The notes: generated by a model from the sequence alone, not told the origin. Shown: positions 43,593 through 55,522, counted from the stretch's first letter. The stretch is DNA of 64,000 nt from an uncultured Planctomycetaceae bacterium (GCA_963833985.1 CAWIAD010000002.1:2528001-2592000), one strand, 5' to 3'. A program made the numbers and translations.

Positions 43593-44378
43593 TCAGGAAC
43601 GGTGGGCCGCCCAGAGGACGGAGTTCGCGATGGCACGGCGGATCGACGGGTGAAAGAGGATCGGGTAGGACTCTGGTCCGGTGCGGAGATACACCACACG
43701 CCCCTTGCCCACGCTCCAGGTGAGACCGCTCCGGAGGGTCTCGCCCTTCTCCCAGGTGGAGACGAAGACAACGGTTTCCGGCTCGGGGACGGCGAATGGT
43801 TCGGAAAACATGTCGGTCCTGGAGATGGTGAACGGGCCAATCCCGGCGGCGATCGGGTGCTGGGGCGAACGGACGCTCACATATTCGGGGCGGCCGTCCT
43901 CGCGCCAGGGACCGGGCTCGCAGGTCGTGCTCATCATCAGCTTGAACGGCCTGCTGCAACACGAGGCGTACAGGGCGACGAAGCCGAGACGGCCCTCGCG
44001 CACGCGCTTCACAACGGCCGCAGCGCGGTCGGGCGGGACGTCGTCGTGTCTCAGGTGTCCCCACCACACCAGCACGTCCGTGGCATCAAGGGCCTCGTCG
44101 GACAGTCCGGACGATGGGTCTCCCAGTCGTGCCCTGGCGGCGATGATCCCCGGCACGCGACCGAGTTGATCGGCCAGTGCGCCGTCAACGTCTTCGCGGT
44201 ACACCGAGGGCGGAGCCGTCCCTTCGGACCAGACGCGCGCTCTCAAGGGCCGGTCTTGCCCCGGCGTTTCGAAGGCCGGGGCCCGTACGGGGAGCAGAAA
44301 ACCCAGTGCCGGAAGGACTGCGTGCGCACAGCTCAGCGCGGCAGTTCGGCGCACGAACGATCGGCGATCGACGTGCAT
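43593..44378 (-). CDS. ThuA-domain protein with Tat signal
   Basis: DRRSFV; DVLVWWGH..H; EPFAVPEP; RSGLTW. Confidence 0.85.
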   Translation of the reverse strand: MHVDRRSFVRRTAALSCAHAVLPALGFLLPVRAPAFETPGQDRPLRARVWSEGTAPPSVYREDVDGALADQLGRVPGIIAARARLGDPSSGLSDEALDATDVLVWWGHLRHDDVPPDRAAAVVKRVREGRLGFVALYASCCSRPFKLMMSTTCEPGPWREDGRPEYVSVRSPQHPIAAGIGPFTISRTDMFSEPFAVPEPETVVFVSTWEKGETLRSGLTWSVGKGRVVYLRTGPESYPILFHPSIRRAIANSVLWAAHRS

Positions 44379-44551
44379 GGAAGCACCTCTCTTGAACTAG
44401 CTCTGCGTCGCGTTCAGCGCTCGCTTCGGCTCGCGGTAGGCCAGGGGTTCGGAGGGTCGATCAACGGCAGTGGTAAGGCGGGTTCAAGGCATCCTCAATC
44501 CTACTTCAGATATCACACAATCGCAAGCCGGTGAGGCCTGAGCTGTTCCGC

Positions 44552-44580
44552 TTGACCGTCCCACTCTTTCGCGCTAAGAT
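44552..44580 (+). promoter_or_regulatory. Sigma70-type promoter
   Basis: TTGACC-17-TAAGAT. Confidence 0.55.
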
Positions 44581-44672
44581 CCGGCCCGCGAATGGGAACT
44601 GCCGGTCCCGGGAGCCGCATTCCGGCCGCAGGCCTTCATCCCCATCGTACGGCTCACGGAGGAGCACCAGCC

Positions 44673-45377
44673 ATGCGCGACCACAACAAGGCTTTCTGCC
44701 GCCTTGTGGCCGATTCGTTCAATTGTCCCGCCCCGGTCTACGAGTTCGGCTCGTACCAGGTGGAGGGCCAGGAGGGCTACGCGAACCTCCGCGCGCTCTT
44801 CCCCGGCAAGACCTATATCGGCTGCGACATGCGGCCCGGGCCAGGTGTGGACCGGGTGGAAGACGTCTCGGCCGTCAAGCTGCCCGACAGCTCGGCGGGC
44901 ACCGTCTTGTGCATCGAGACCTTCGAGCACGTGTTCGAGGTGAGACGCGCTTTCGACGAGGTCTTCCGAATCCTGCGGCCGGGCGGCGTCTGCGTCATCA
45001 CCACACCGCTCAACTTCCGGATCCACGGCTATCCGGACGACTACTGGCGGCTCACACCGAGCTGCTTGAGGCGCCTGATGTCCATCTACCCGGCACGGGT
45101 CGTGGGCGCCCAGGGGCACTCGCCGTTTCCCCACTCGGTCATGGCGATGGGCATCAAATGGCCGGCCCCGGCGGATTTTACGGCCCGCGCCGCGGCAATG
45201 GTCGCCGGCTATCATGACTGGCTGCAACAGGCGCGGGCTGGCCTGCCCGTCGGCGTCAAGCTGCGCCGAGCCCTGGGGCAACTGTACCGGTCCAAGGGCG
45301 AGCGGTCGCAGATTGCCCAGTACTACTCGGCCAATCTTTCCATCGACATCGACGACCGGCTGGCCCACGCGGGCTGA
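44673..45377 (+). CDS. Class I SAM-dependent methyltransferase
   Basis: VYEFGS, YIGCDMRPGPGVD, ETFEH, HGYPDDYWR. Confidence 0.85.
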   Translation: MRDHNKAFCRLVADSFNCPAPVYEFGSYQVEGQEGYANLRALFPGKTYIGCDMRPGPGVDRVEDVSAVKLPDSSAGTVLCIETFEHVFEVRRAFDEVFRILRPGGVCVITTPLNFRIHGYPDDYWRLTPSCLRRLMSIYPARVVGAQGHSPFPHSVMAMGIKWPAPADFTARAAAMVAGYHDWLQQARAGLPVGVKLRRALGQLYRSKGERSQIAQYYSANLSIDIDDRLAHAG

Positions 45378-45458
45378 TTCCAATCACAGCGGGATGATGA
45401 GACGGCACTGCCTCTCGCGCGGACATGGCCGAGATGCCCGGTGCCTGAGGGCGTATGC

Positions 45459-47130
45459 ATGCGTAAATCAATCGATCGTCTCCTTGTTCTCGGGCTGGAT
45501 GGTGCCACCTGGACCGTCCTGGACCCGATGCGTCAGCGCGGGCTCATGCCGAACCTGGACGCGCTTCTGGCACGCGCGGCGCACGGCACGCTGAGGTCGA
45601 TCGTACCTCCGGTCACCACCGCGGCATGGACCACCATGATGACCGGGTGCCATCCTCCCAGGCACGGAGTCTTCGACCACCGCTACTATGATGCGGCCGC
45701 CGGCAGGATGAAGGTCAATCACTCCGGGCGGATCCGCGTACCGACGCTCTGGCAGCAGCTTTCCGACGCGGGCCGCAGCATCGCCTGCCTGAACTTGCCC
45801 GGGCTCTTCCCGCCTCCCGCCATCAACGGCGTCGTGGTCTCGGGCATGGACGCCCCGCACCTGGAAGGTGCCCTCCAGGCCTGTCCCGCGTTCGGCGCTG
45901 CACTCCGCGCCGAGGTCCCGGATTACACGCTCCGCTATTTCTGGAAGCACGCGCCCGCGTCGCTCGATGAGTCGCAGCGCCAACGCCCGGCTCACGGTGG
46001 ATAGTTTTCGCGGCCGCGCCCAGGGAGGGCTCCTTGCCGACCGCCACGTTCCGGACTGGTCCGTGCTGATGGTCCAGTTCCAGAACCTGGACCCATTCCA
46101 GCACCGGGTCTGGCGGTACCTGAACGTCGACGAAACGGGAATCGATGAGCCCGCATGGAATCACGCTGCTGCCGAGGTGATCCGCGGACTCGACGATGCC
46201 ATCGGCATGCTCTGCGAGCTGGCCGATCGCCGGGGCGCGGCGGTGATGGCGGTGAGCGACCATGGCTTCGGGCCCTGCCTGGGTCGAGTCGACGTGAACC
46301 GGATCCTGCTGGACGCGGGCATCGTGCGCCTGCCGAACTGGGCCGGCCACCTCCGCCGGCGTCTGAAGCAAGGGCGCGACCGGCTGCGGGTCTGGAAGGC
46401 GAAGCGGGGCGACCCGACCGCCCGGTCGGCATCATTCGACCAATCGATCTCGTCCCAGTTCCCATTCGACTGGAAGCGCACCCTGGCTTTTGCCCCGCAC
46501 CAGGACACGGCGGCCATGGTCTATGTCAACTCCGTGGCGCGCCAGGGGCCGTCGCGGCATGCCGCCCCCCTGTTCACGCCCCGCCAGATTGACGACGCCT
46601 GCCAGGCGGCCGCCCAGGCACTGCAAGAGGCGCGACATCCCGAGACCGGGGAGCACCTCTTCCCGCAGATCATCCCCATGGCGCAAACCTACCAGCTCGA
46701 CCCGGCACGCGAGGGGTATCCCGACCTGATCGCCATGCCCGCCGCTCCGTACTGGGTGCGCACGCGGCTCTCCGGCGACGGCTCCTGGGTCACGCTCGAC
46801 CCGAACCTGCCCGGTACCCACCGTCCCGAAGGCATCGTCGTGCTGGCCGGTGCGGGCTTGCCGTCGGGCCGGACGCTCCAGGCACAACTGATCGACGCCA
46901 CGCCCACCATCCTCGACCTTCTCGGACTGCCGATCCCGGCCCACGTCGAGGGTCAGCCAATCGCCGCGCACGCGACCGCCCCGACAGACTCCCGCAGCGC
47001 GTTCACTCCCTTCCGTCAGGACGCCGCGGAAAATCCTCTGGATGGTCCGCATCGGCGGCCGTTCGAGTACACTGCCGAGGAGCAGGCGATCCTCGAACAA
47101 CGGCTGGCCGATCTGGGCTACCTGGAATGA
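45459..47130 (+). CDS. Alkaline-phosphatase-superfamily phosphodiesterase (apparent frameshift ~45965)
   Basis: LGLDGA, PPVT..AW..MTG..P..HG, SDHGF, GTHRPEG, C-terminal RLADLGYL. Confidence 0.85.
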
Positions 47131-47804
47131 CCCAAGGCGCAACTCGCCGCACCATCGCCATCGGCGATATCCACGGCTGCCTGGCCGCACTTGACGCGAT
47201 CCTCCGCGCGGTGGGCCCTCGGCCTGAAGACCAGATCGTCACCCTTGGCGATTACATCGATCGCGGCCCGGACAGCCGGGGCGTGCTCCAGCGGCTCATC
47301 GAACTCTCCCGGCAATGCCGCCTGGCCCCGATCCTGGGCAACCACGATGACATGTTCCTGAGGGCACGCCACACCCCTTCGTCCACGGCCTTCTATAGCA
47401 TGGGCGGTAAGGCCACCCTGGCATCGTACAAGGCGGCATCCCCGCCCGACTTCTCGAGGGTCCCGGGGGAGCACTTCAGCTTCCTCGAGTCATGTCTCGA
47501 CTACTTCGAGACCGAAACACACATCTTCTTGCATGCCTCTTACGTGTCGCACCTGCCGATGACCGACCAACCCTACCTGGCCCTGCGCTGGGAATCGCTC
47601 CGCGACGGTGTTCCCGAACCGCACCAGTCCGGCAAGATCGTGATCGTCGGACATACCTCGCAAAAGAGCGGAGACGTCCTCGACCTTGGCTACATCAAGT
47701 GCATCGACACGTACTGCTACGGCGGCGGATGGCTGACGGCGCTCGACGTGGATTCCGGCCGGGTCTGGCAGGCCAACCGTGACGGGAAGATGCGGCGGAC
47801 CTAG
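47127..47804 (+). CDS. PPP-type metallophosphoesterase
   Basis: GDIHG, GDYIDRG, GNHD, GHT. Confidence 0.92.
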   Translation: MTQGATRRTIAIGDIHGCLAALDAILRAVGPRPEDQIVTLGDYIDRGPDSRGVLQRLIELSRQCRLAPILGNHDDMFLRARHTPSSTAFYSMGGKATLASYKAASPPDFSRVPGEHFSFLESCLDYFETETHIFLHASYVSHLPMTDQPYLALRWESLRDGVPEPHQSGKIVIVGHTSQKSGDVLDLGYIKCIDTYCYGGGWLTALDVDSGRVWQANRDGKMRRT

Positions 47805-47849
47805 AGCGGTTTTTGACGGGTTGCAGGCCGTTTCTGACTTCTGGAGAGG

Positions 47850-47911
47850 GGGGGCAGACATTCCTGTCTGCCAGGGCAAGCCTGCTCCGGCAGGCAGGAA
47901 TGGCTGCCTCC
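47850..47911. repeat. REP doublet (REPIN-like)
   Basis: GGCAGACATTCCTGTCTGCC followed by the degenerate inverted copy GGCAGGCAGGAATGGCTGCC. Confidence 0.7.
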
Positions 47912-48177
47912 CGGCCTCTGTCTGCGATCCGAGTGAAAACCGCCCTGGCTCCGCCGACCGCGGAACAAAGTCGCGCACTGGCCCGACTCAGGTGACGACG
48001 GCTCCCTCCGGGCAATCCTTGCCGCAGGAAGCACGCTCGATCGCTCGTGCCGGTTACCCGCGACCGGATCGGCTGGTACAATCCGTTGCCGCAAGCCAGT
48101 GCGTGAGCGGGCTGAGCCGGAAGCTGCGACATCGTTGTCGTCCATGACAGGTTGTGTCATCGGTCAGGGGTCAGGTG

Positions 48178-48582
48178 ATGCGGGAGGAAGAGAAGTTACA
48201 AGAAGAGCCCACGTCGGGCTGGACGTTCCTGAGCAATCACGGGCACGTACTGCTCTGTATCGACCGCGAGCCGGAGATCCGGCTGCGGGACGTGGCGCAG
48301 AGGGTCGGCATCACCGAGCGGGCGGTGCAGCGGATCGTGGCCGATCTCGAAGCAGGGCGCTACCTGAAGCGGGTGCGCAACGGCAGGCGCAATGTGTACG
48401 AGGTGCATCGCGACGTGCCCATGAGGCACCCTGTGGAGGCGCACCGCGATGTCGGAGCGCTGCTCGCCCTGGCGCTGCGGCCCGGCGAGGCCCCGGAGCC
48501 CATCAGCAACACGGCCAGACCGCCTGCCTCCGCCCCGATGAGGCGCGCGAAGGCGCCCAGGAAACCCGCAGTGACCGGTTAG
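48178..48582 (+). CDS. Winged-helix DNA-binding protein
   Basis: WTFLSNHGHVL..LRDVAQRVGITERAVQRIV..GRRNVY. Confidence 0.85.
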   Translation: MREEEKLQEEPTSGWTFLSNHGHVLLCIDREPEIRLRDVAQRVGITERAVQRIVADLEAGRYLKRVRNGRRNVYEVHRDVPMRHPVEAHRDVGALLALALRPGEAPEPISNTARPPASAPMRRAKAPRKPAVTG

Positions 48583-48660
48583 GGTCAATACTGCTGAAAT
48601 ACTGAAATAGTGTTAACGAGAAGGGGGCAAGAGATATGCGAGACACTGGTTCCCACGCTC

Positions 48661-50154
48661 GTACGTGTTTAGCGGCATAGCCTTTGCTGGCCTGAACTGA
48701 CCAGGTGAGATGGTCAGTCCAGCAGGGTGGGCCATGAGATCCTCCGATCGGGCCGAGCTCGAACGCTTGCGTGAAGAAAACCGGACTCTGCGCGCTCGAG
48801 TCGCCGTCTTGGAGCAGACGGTCCAGGAACTCACGGACCAGAATCGACAGCTCCAGGAGAAGCTCGACGAGCAGACGCAGGCCGCGGCTCGACAGGCCGC
48901 CCCGTTCCGGCGGCGCGAGTCCAGGAAGGTCCCCGACGGTTCCAAGAAGCGGCCCGGTCGACCGCGCGGCCACACCGGGATCCACCGGAAGGTCCCCGAG
49001 CATGTCGATGAACATGCCCACGTACCCTTGACCGGCTGCCCACACTGCGGCGGGCCGGTGACCGCAGTGGAGCCGATCGAGCAGTTCATCGAAGAAATCC
49101 CACCGGTCCGGCCCCACGTTCTCCACTTGATCACGTACCGGGGCTGCTGCGCCCACTGCGGCGAGGTGCACAGCTCTCATCCCATGCAGACCTCGACAGC
49201 TACCGGCGCCGCCAAGGTTCAGCTTGGCCCCCGGGCCCATGCCTTGGCGGCCGCATTAAACAAGCAGTTCGGCTTGACCATGCGTAAGACCTGCCGCGTG
49301 CTACAGCTTGTCGCGGGTTTGGTGCTCAGCCCTGGTGGGCTGGCCCAAGCCGTGCAGCGCACCGCCGCGAAGGTCCAGCCGGCCTTTGACAGTTTGGTTA
49401 CCGAAGTCCGTGGCGCGGCCGCAGTGTTCGTCGATGAGACGAGCTGGTATGTCGGGACCCCGGGGTACTGGCTCTGGACGTTCACGACTGCCGACACCAC
49501 GGTCTACCACGTGGACAAAAGCCGCGGCCGACAGGTGGTGCTGGACACTCTGGGCGAGCACTTCGCCGGCATCCTGGTCAGCGACTGCCTGGCCAGCTAC
49601 GAGAACGTGCCGTACCGGACGCACAAGTGCATCGGCCACCACCTGAAGAAGATCGCCGAAGCGCGCGACCGACCGGACACAAAAGATCCAAGCTACCTCA
49701 ACCAGTGGAAGCTACTCTTCACGATGGTCAACGCACTCTGGAAACACCGTGCGGATCTGGGCGAGGAAGAGTTTGCCCGGCAACGTGGCCACCTGGAGGG
49801 GTGGCTGGATCGGTTGCTCAAGGAGCCGCGGACCCAGCCAGGGGACAAGGCAATCCAGCAACGCATCGGCAAGCGTCGCGGGGTGGTCCTGGGGTGCCTG
49901 GACGACCCCGCTGCGGAGCCGACGAACAACCGTGCGGAGCGGTCGCTGCGCGACCCTGGCGTGATTGCGCGGAAGGTGTCGTGCGGGAACAAGACTGAGG
50001 CAGGCAAGGTCGCGTGGGAGCGGCTGACCAGCTTGGCGATGACTTGCCAGCAACGCTCCCAGGATTTCGTCTCCTGGCTGGCCTCGTGCTTGCCCCTCGA
50101 CGCCCTGGTAACCACTGTCCCCACCACTCCTAACCAAGCCCGCTAAACACGTAC
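48661..50154 (+). mobile_element. IS66-family IS, single-ORF type, complete (1494 bp)
   Basis: Perfect 15-bp IR GTACGTGTTTAGCGG; 8-bp TSD CCACGCTC (48653-60, 50155-62). Confidence 0.93.
48734..50146 (+). CDS. IS66 transposase
   Basis: Coiled coil, CPHC/CAHC zinc finger, VDET, VSD, PTNNRAERSLR. Confidence 0.92.
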   Translation: MRSSDRAELERLREENRTLRARVAVLEQTVQELTDQNRQLQEKLDEQTQAAARQAAPFRRRESRKVPDGSKKRPGRPRGHTGIHRKVPEHVDEHAHVPLTGCPHCGGPVTAVEPIEQFIEEIPPVRPHVLHLITYRGCCAHCGEVHSSHPMQTSTATGAAKVQLGPRAHALAAALNKQFGLTMRKTCRVLQLVAGLVLSPGGLAQAVQRTAAKVQPAFDSLVTEVRGAAAVFVDETSWYVGTPGYWLWTFTTADTTVYHVDKSRGRQVVLDTLGEHFAGILVSDCLASYENVPYRTHKCIGHHLKKIAEARDRPDTKDPSYLNQWKLLFTMVNALWKHRADLGEEEFARQRGHLEGWLDRLLKEPRTQPGDKAIQQRIGKRRGVVLGCLDDPAAEPTNNRAERSLRDPGVIARKVSCGNKTEAGKVAWERLTSLAMTCQQRSQDFVSWLASCLPLDALVTTVPTTPNQAR

Positions 50155-50278
50155 CCACGCTCTGCGTGGGAACACTGGTCAGGACGCTCTGCGTCCCACG
50201 AATCTCCCAGCCTCGGCACGGGCCCGATCGACGCAGAGCGTCGAGGACGGCATTCCCACGCGGAGCGTGGGAACGAGA
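50155..50278. repeat. REPIN/MITE-like palindromic element; left end at 48647-48660, split by IS66
   Basis: GTTCCCACGCTCTGCGTGGGAAC..GACGCTCTGCGTC..GACGCAGAGCGTC..TTCCCACGCGGAGCGTGGGAACGAG. Confidence 0.85.
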
Positions 50279-50436
50279 GACAAACCTCTGCACACACTCA
50301 ACTTACGGCTATTCCTATGGTATTGCAGTTAGGGCGGACTTCCGGACGCGAACGATTCCTCACCGCGCGCGGCAGGTCATCCCGGCTGCGCCGGCGGTCC
50401 GGTCATGCTTGAAAGCGAGGCATTCCGCGAGCGCGG

Positions 50437-50940
50437 TCAGATCAGGTCGAGCCTGCGTCTCGGGCTATGGCTGCGGCTGCATGCCGAGCAGACGCCAGTG
50501 ATGAGGAACCTGTGGCCGGACGGTCGAAAACCGTGTGCCCGGCTCACGGCGTCGCGGATGGTGCGGATCTCGTCATTGCGAAACTCGACCACGCGGTTGC
50601 AGACGGTGCAGTGCATGTGGTCGTGGGCGGGGTAACCGTAATCATGCTCGTAGGCCGTCCGGTTGGTCAGCCGCAGCTCGCGCAGCAGACCGGCCTCGAC
50701 CAGCAGCCGGAGCGTGCGGTAGACCGTGGCCCGGCTGATGGCGTGGCCCGCGTCGTGCACGTCGCGCACCAGCTCGTCGGCGTCGAAGTGCTTGTGGCTG
50801 TCAAAGATCTGCCGCACCAGGACGCGCCTTGGCTCGGTCAGCTTCTCGCCGCGGATCTCCAGAAACTCGCGAAACTTGGACTCGGGCGTTTCCGAGACGG
50901 AGAGCGGTACCAGTTGGTCGGCGGCGGCGATGTCGGGCAC
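50437..50940 (-). CDS. Fur-family regulator (start uncertain)
   Basis: KLTEPR, HFDADEL, SRATVYRTL, HDHMHCTVC, CSAC. Confidence 0.9.
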   Translation of the reverse strand: MPDIAAADQLVPLSVSETPESKFREFLEIRGEKLTEPRRVLVRQIFDSHKHFDADELVRDVHDAGHAISRATVYRTLRLLVEAGLLRELRLTNRTAYEHDYGYPAHDHMHCTVCNRVVEFRNDEIRTIRDAVSRAHGFRPSGHRFLITGVCSACSRSHSPRRRLDLI

Positions 50941-51124
50941 GATGCGTTCCCTGAAGCCTTCGTTCCTGGGCCGTCCGCGGACGACCCGCATCACAGATCA
51001 CAGATCACGAATAACGATTCTTCATTCTAGCCAGTCGCACTCCACCCTTCCAGTCGGCGAAGCGTGATGGCAGCACCAGCGAGAGATTGATCGATTGCGC
51101 AACACGCAACACGTACCAGAGCGC

Positions 51125-52145
51125 CTAGCGGTTGCCGCAGTAGAGCCGTTCCAGGCCCAGGCTTTGCCGCATGTGCTCCACCTGGAATGGATCGTTCACC
51201 GGGTACTGGGGGGGAATGCCCTGGAGCACGGAAGCCACGTCCTGGGCCACCATCGTGGCCATGTTCCGCAGGCCCTCCTCGGTCTGGGCGGCACTGTGGG
51301 GGGTGAGCATCACATCCGGGCGGCCGATGAGGGGATGACCAGGAGGCGGGGGTTCCTCGGCGAAGACGTCGGCGCCGAAGCCCCAGAGCTTGCCCGCGTC
51401 GAGGGCCTCGGCCACCGCACGCTCGTCTACGACCGGGCCGCGGCTGGTGTTGATGAGGATCGTGTTCGGCCCCATGCGCGCGAGCGCGGCCTGGTCGATC
51501 ATCTTCCGGGTGCTGGCGTCGAGCGGCACATGAAGGGTGACGTAGTCGGCTGACTCGAGCAGCAGCCGCATGCTCACGCGCCGTGCTCCCGCGCAGCTCC
51601 ACATCGTCCGGGGCGGCGACGATGTCGTGGTACAGCACCTTCATTGCAAAGCCCCGGTGGGCGATCTCGCCGACCCTGCGGCCGATCCGGCCAAAGCCGA
51701 TGATGCCAATCGTCTTGCCTGCGATCTCGCGTCCGGTCCAGCTCGTCCGGGCCGCGTAGTTTCCCCGGGTCAGCTCCGACATCATCCGCGGGAAATGCCT
51801 GGAGAGCCCGATCATCAGCGCGAAGACATGCTCGCTGACGCTTTGCGTGTTGGCGCCGGGGGTGTAGACCACCTGGATGCCCCGCGCGGTGGCAGCGTCG
51901 ATGTCGATCTGGTCGTATCCCACGCCATGCCGGCCAATCACCTTCAGGTCCGTGCCCCGGTCCATGAGCGGGCCGTCGATCACGCCGCCCGTGCGGATCA
52001 CCAGCGCCGAGGCGCCTGCGACCTCACGCTGGAGCGTCTCCGGGTCCGAGCCGGTGGCCATGCGCAGCTCTCCGGCCTGGCGCAGCAGGGCGATACCCGA
52101 TTCATCCATGTTGTGAACCAGCAAGATCAGCGGGGTTTTCGGCAT
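51125..52145 (-). CDS. D-2-hydroxyacid dehydrogenase, SerA-like (apparent frameshift ~51590)
   Basis: GVGYDQID, GIIGFGRIG, INTSRG, DVF..EP, TPHSA. Confidence 0.88.
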
Positions 52146-52295
52146 GGTCCGGCTCAATTTCCCTGGGCAAGGCCCGGTTCCTGGGCAGGCAACGGTGAGA
52201 GTTTCTATTATAGGAGAGAGCCGGCGGCTTCGCGCTTGGTTCGCCGGGACGGACTTTCAAACTGGGAAACCTACCGCCAGACCGGCCCGACTTCC

Positions 52296-53529
52296 ATGCG
52301 TTTCGGATCCCGACCCTATCCGAGTGCGAAGCTGGCCGTTGCGGCCGCCCTGTTCGCGTCAATCCTGGTTCGCGGAGCGCTCTGCGCCACGGCCAGCGGT
52401 TCGTCAGGCGACCCGGATAACTACCTGCCACTGGCGCACTCCCTGGCGGCCGGCCACGGACTGGCCTGGAAGGGGCGGCCGACGGCGTACCGGCCGCCAC
52501 TCTATCCGCTTGTCCTGGCACCGATTGTGGCGGCCCTGGGGGCGCGGGCCGGCGCAGGGGTTGCCGTGCTACACGGCGTCCTCGGAGGCGCCACGGTTGC
52601 CGCGATTGTCCTGGCAGCCCGGCGCTGGGGGCTCTCCGGGGGGCGGGTCGCCGTCGCGGCGTGGATTGTGGCCCTTGACCCGGCGCTTGCCTGGCAGAGC
52701 CGTTTCGTGATGACCGAGACCCTCGCGGCCTTCCTCACGGCCGCGGCCATCGCCGTCCTGAGCGGGCCCGGCTGGCGAGGCTGGCTCCCTGGCGGCATCG
52801 TCCTCGGACTGGCTGGCCTCGCGCGCCGAGCATGCTGGCCGGGGCCGCCCTGGTGATGGCGGCCAGCCTGTTCGCCCCTGATCGCGGATTCCGCGCGCGG
52901 CTGGTGCGCACTGCGGGCCTGGTGCTCGGCCTGGTCGCGGTGCTGCTGCCCTGGGTCATACGCAACGCCTGGGTCCTTGGCGAGCCCGTTTGGACCACAA
53001 CTCATGGCGGATACACGCTGAGCCTGGCCAACAATGAGGTGTACTACCGCGACGTCGTGAATGGTCCCCCGGGACGCGTCTGGACGGGCCACGACCAGTG
53101 GCTGTGGTGGGACTCGGTGAACCGCGACACCGCCGGCATGCCCGAGCCGAGTGCCGATCGGTTCTTGCGGAACCGCGCCCTCGCATTGATCGTCGCGCAG
53201 CCGCGCACCTTCCTGCGCGCAGCCTCGAGCGGCTGGGCCGCTTCTGGAGCCTGGCGCCGGCCGGGGCCGTGTACGCGCCCGCCGTGCGCTGGGCGAGCGT
53301 GGTCTGGACGCTGCCACTCTGGGCCTTGCTGGTGCTCGGCCTGGTCCGGCCGAGGCTCTGGCGCTGGCCCCAGGTGGCTGCGCCGCTGATGATTGCCGGT
53401 CTCAGCCTGGTGCACACCGTTTACTGGACCGACCTGCGGATGCGCGCTTCCATCGTACCGGCAATTGCCCTGGTCGCCGCGTCGGCGCAGTTGCCAACGC
53501 GGAGACCGCCTGTCCGCAGCCAGGACTGA
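52296..53529 (+). CDS. ArnT/PMT-like GT-C glycosyltransferase (apparent frameshifts ~52825, ~53235)
   Basis: DPDNY, AYRPPLYP, MTETL, PWVIRN; multi-TM. Confidence 0.75.
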
Positions 53530-53539
53530 AGCACGAGCA

Positions 53540-55297
53540 TCATTCCACGATGTGGCCGTGGGGCAGGATGTAGCCCAGCGACAGCAGCTTGTTGACGATC
53601 CGATCAACGCAGTCGGCCACCGAAAGCGTGCTGGTGTCGAGGGTCACCTCGGGGTTGAGGGGAGGTTCGTAGGGGTCGTCCACGCCGGTGAAGCCCATGG
53701 GCTTACCCTCGGCGAGCGCGGCCCTTGCCTTCGAGTACATCCCCTTCACGTCGCGCTGCTCGCAGACCTCGATGGGCGTCTCGCAGTAGACCTCCACGAA
53801 GTTATTCCGCGACAGCTTCCGCGCCTCATCGCGGATGGCGCGGTAGGGGCTGATCACCGAGCAGAGCGTGGTGCCGCCGTGCAGCGCCACCATGCCGGCG
53901 ACGTAACCGACGCGGCGAATGTTCGTGTCCCGGTCTTCCTTGCTGAAGCCGAGGCCCTTGGAGAGGTGGGTGCGGATCTCGTCGCCGTCGAGCAGCGAGC
54001 AGTTCCGGCCGAACTCGGCCAGCCGTTCAATGAGCGCGTGAGCGATGGTGCTCTTGCCCGAGCCGGAAAGGCCCGTGAACCAGATTGTCAGGCCCTGCCG
54101 GAACCGTGGCGGGTTGGTCTCGTTGAGGATCTCGGCCACGGCCGGCCTGCTGAACCAATCGGGGAGCTGGAGCCCGCGAGCGAGGTACTTGTCTCGGACC
54201 TCGGTGCCGGAGATGTCAGCGGTTCTGACACCGGCGGGTACCTCGTCGACCGGGCTGTAGCGGTTTTCGTCGGGAAGGAAGACCATCTGCTTGAAGTCGA
54301 CCATCTCCATGCCGAGCTCGTCGGCGAACTTGGCCATCGATTCCTGCGCGGCGTAGGGAGGGTAGAACGGCTTGCCGGTGGAATCGGCTCCGGGACCGGC
54401 GTGGTCGCGGCCGACGATGAAGTGCGTGCAGCCATAATTGCGGCGGATGATGGCGTGCAGCAGGACCTCGCGGGGGCCGGCCATGCGCATCGCCAGCGGC
54501 AAGAGGCTGAGCACCACCGATCCGGGCTCATAGTAGTTGTCGACCAGGGCCCGGTAGCAGCGCACGCGGGTGTAGTGGTCGACGTCGCCGGGCTTGGTGA
54601 CGCCGACGACCGGATGGATCAGCAGGCCGCCGCCAATCTGCTCGGCCGCCCGCTTGGTCAGCTCTTCATGGGCGCGGTGCAGGGGGTTACGGGTCTGGAA
54701 CGCCACGATTCGCGACCAGCCAAGGGACTGGAAATGCGCCCGCAGCTCCGCCGGAGTGCGGCGCAGCTCGACGAAGTCGTAGTGGGGTGGGACGCGGATG
54801 ACCTCGAGCCGGCCGGCGGCCTGGTGCCCGGGATGGCGGTCAAGGTATGCCACCGCGGGATGCTTCTTATCGAGCGTGCCATAGGCATGTTCGGCTTCCC
54901 GGTTCTTATCGATGGCGTAGATTTCCTCGACGTGCAGGAACGCCAGCAGGTTGCCGAAGACGTCGCGGAGGGCCAGGGGTTTGCCCTCCTCGACACCCTT
55001 GCCGGGCGTGACGGGCAGGGTGACGGGCAGGGGCCAGAGGGTACCGTCCGCCAGCCGCATCTCGGCGACGACCCCCTCGTAATCCGCCTTGCCCATGAAA
55101 CCGTGTAGCGGCGAGAAACCGCCCACGGCGAGCAGCTCCAGGTCGCACAGTCCGCGTTCGTCAAGAGTAAGGCTGGCGTGGTCCTTGGACGTCGCCTTCA
55201 TTTCCGCGGCCCGCTCCGGGCTGACCAGTAGGTTGACCAGAGATCCACCAAACGGGGCGTTCAGCTCGGACTTTGTCTTCGCATGGGAACCGTTCAA
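53540..55297 (-). CDS. sat: Bifunctional sulfate adenylyltransferase / APS kinase
   Basis: FQTRNPLHRAH, GRDHAG; C-terminal GLSGSGKST and LDGD. Confidence 0.93.
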   Translation of the reverse strand: MNGSHAKTKSELNAPFGGSLVNLLVSPERAAEMKATSKDHASLTLDERGLCDLELLAVGGFSPLHGFMGKADYEGVVAEMRLADGTLWPLPVTLPVTPGKGVEEGKPLALRDVFGNLLAFLHVEEIYAIDKNREAEHAYGTLDKKHPAVAYLDRHPGHQAAGRLEVIRVPPHYDFVELRRTPAELRAHFQSLGWSRIVAFQTRNPLHRAHEELTKRAAEQIGGGLLIHPVVGVTKPGDVDHYTRVRCYRALVDNYYEPGSVVLSLLPLAMRMAGPREVLLHAIIRRNYGCTHFIVGRDHAGPGADSTGKPFYPPYAAQESMAKFADELGMEMVDFKQMVFLPDENRYSPVDEVPAGVRTADISGTEVRDKYLARGLQLPDWFSRPAVAEILNETNPPRFRQGLTIWFTGLSGSGKSTIAHALIERLAEFGRNCSLLDGDEIRTHLSKGLGFSKEDRDTNIRRVGYVAGMVALHGGTTLCSVISPYRAIRDEARKLSRNNFVEVYCETPIEVCEQRDVKGMYSKARAALAEGKPMGFTGVDDPYEPPLNPEVTLDTSTLSVADCVDRIVNKLLSLGYILPHGHIVE

Positions 55298-55522
55298 TCG
55301 TCTTCCTCCAGAGATCCTGCAACACTTGCCATTGATTCCAGCCGCTTCGATCCCGGCTGGCGAAGCGGGAAAGCCCTATTCTCATGACAACCAGCGGTCA
55401 TCGCCACCCGAACACCGGAACTTTTCTGATCAATGTTTTCCCGCGGCATCATGAATCGGTCCGGGGCGGGTAAGAGCAGTCGACGATGCAAGGATGCAGA
55501 GAGACGGGGGGCATCGTCCTCG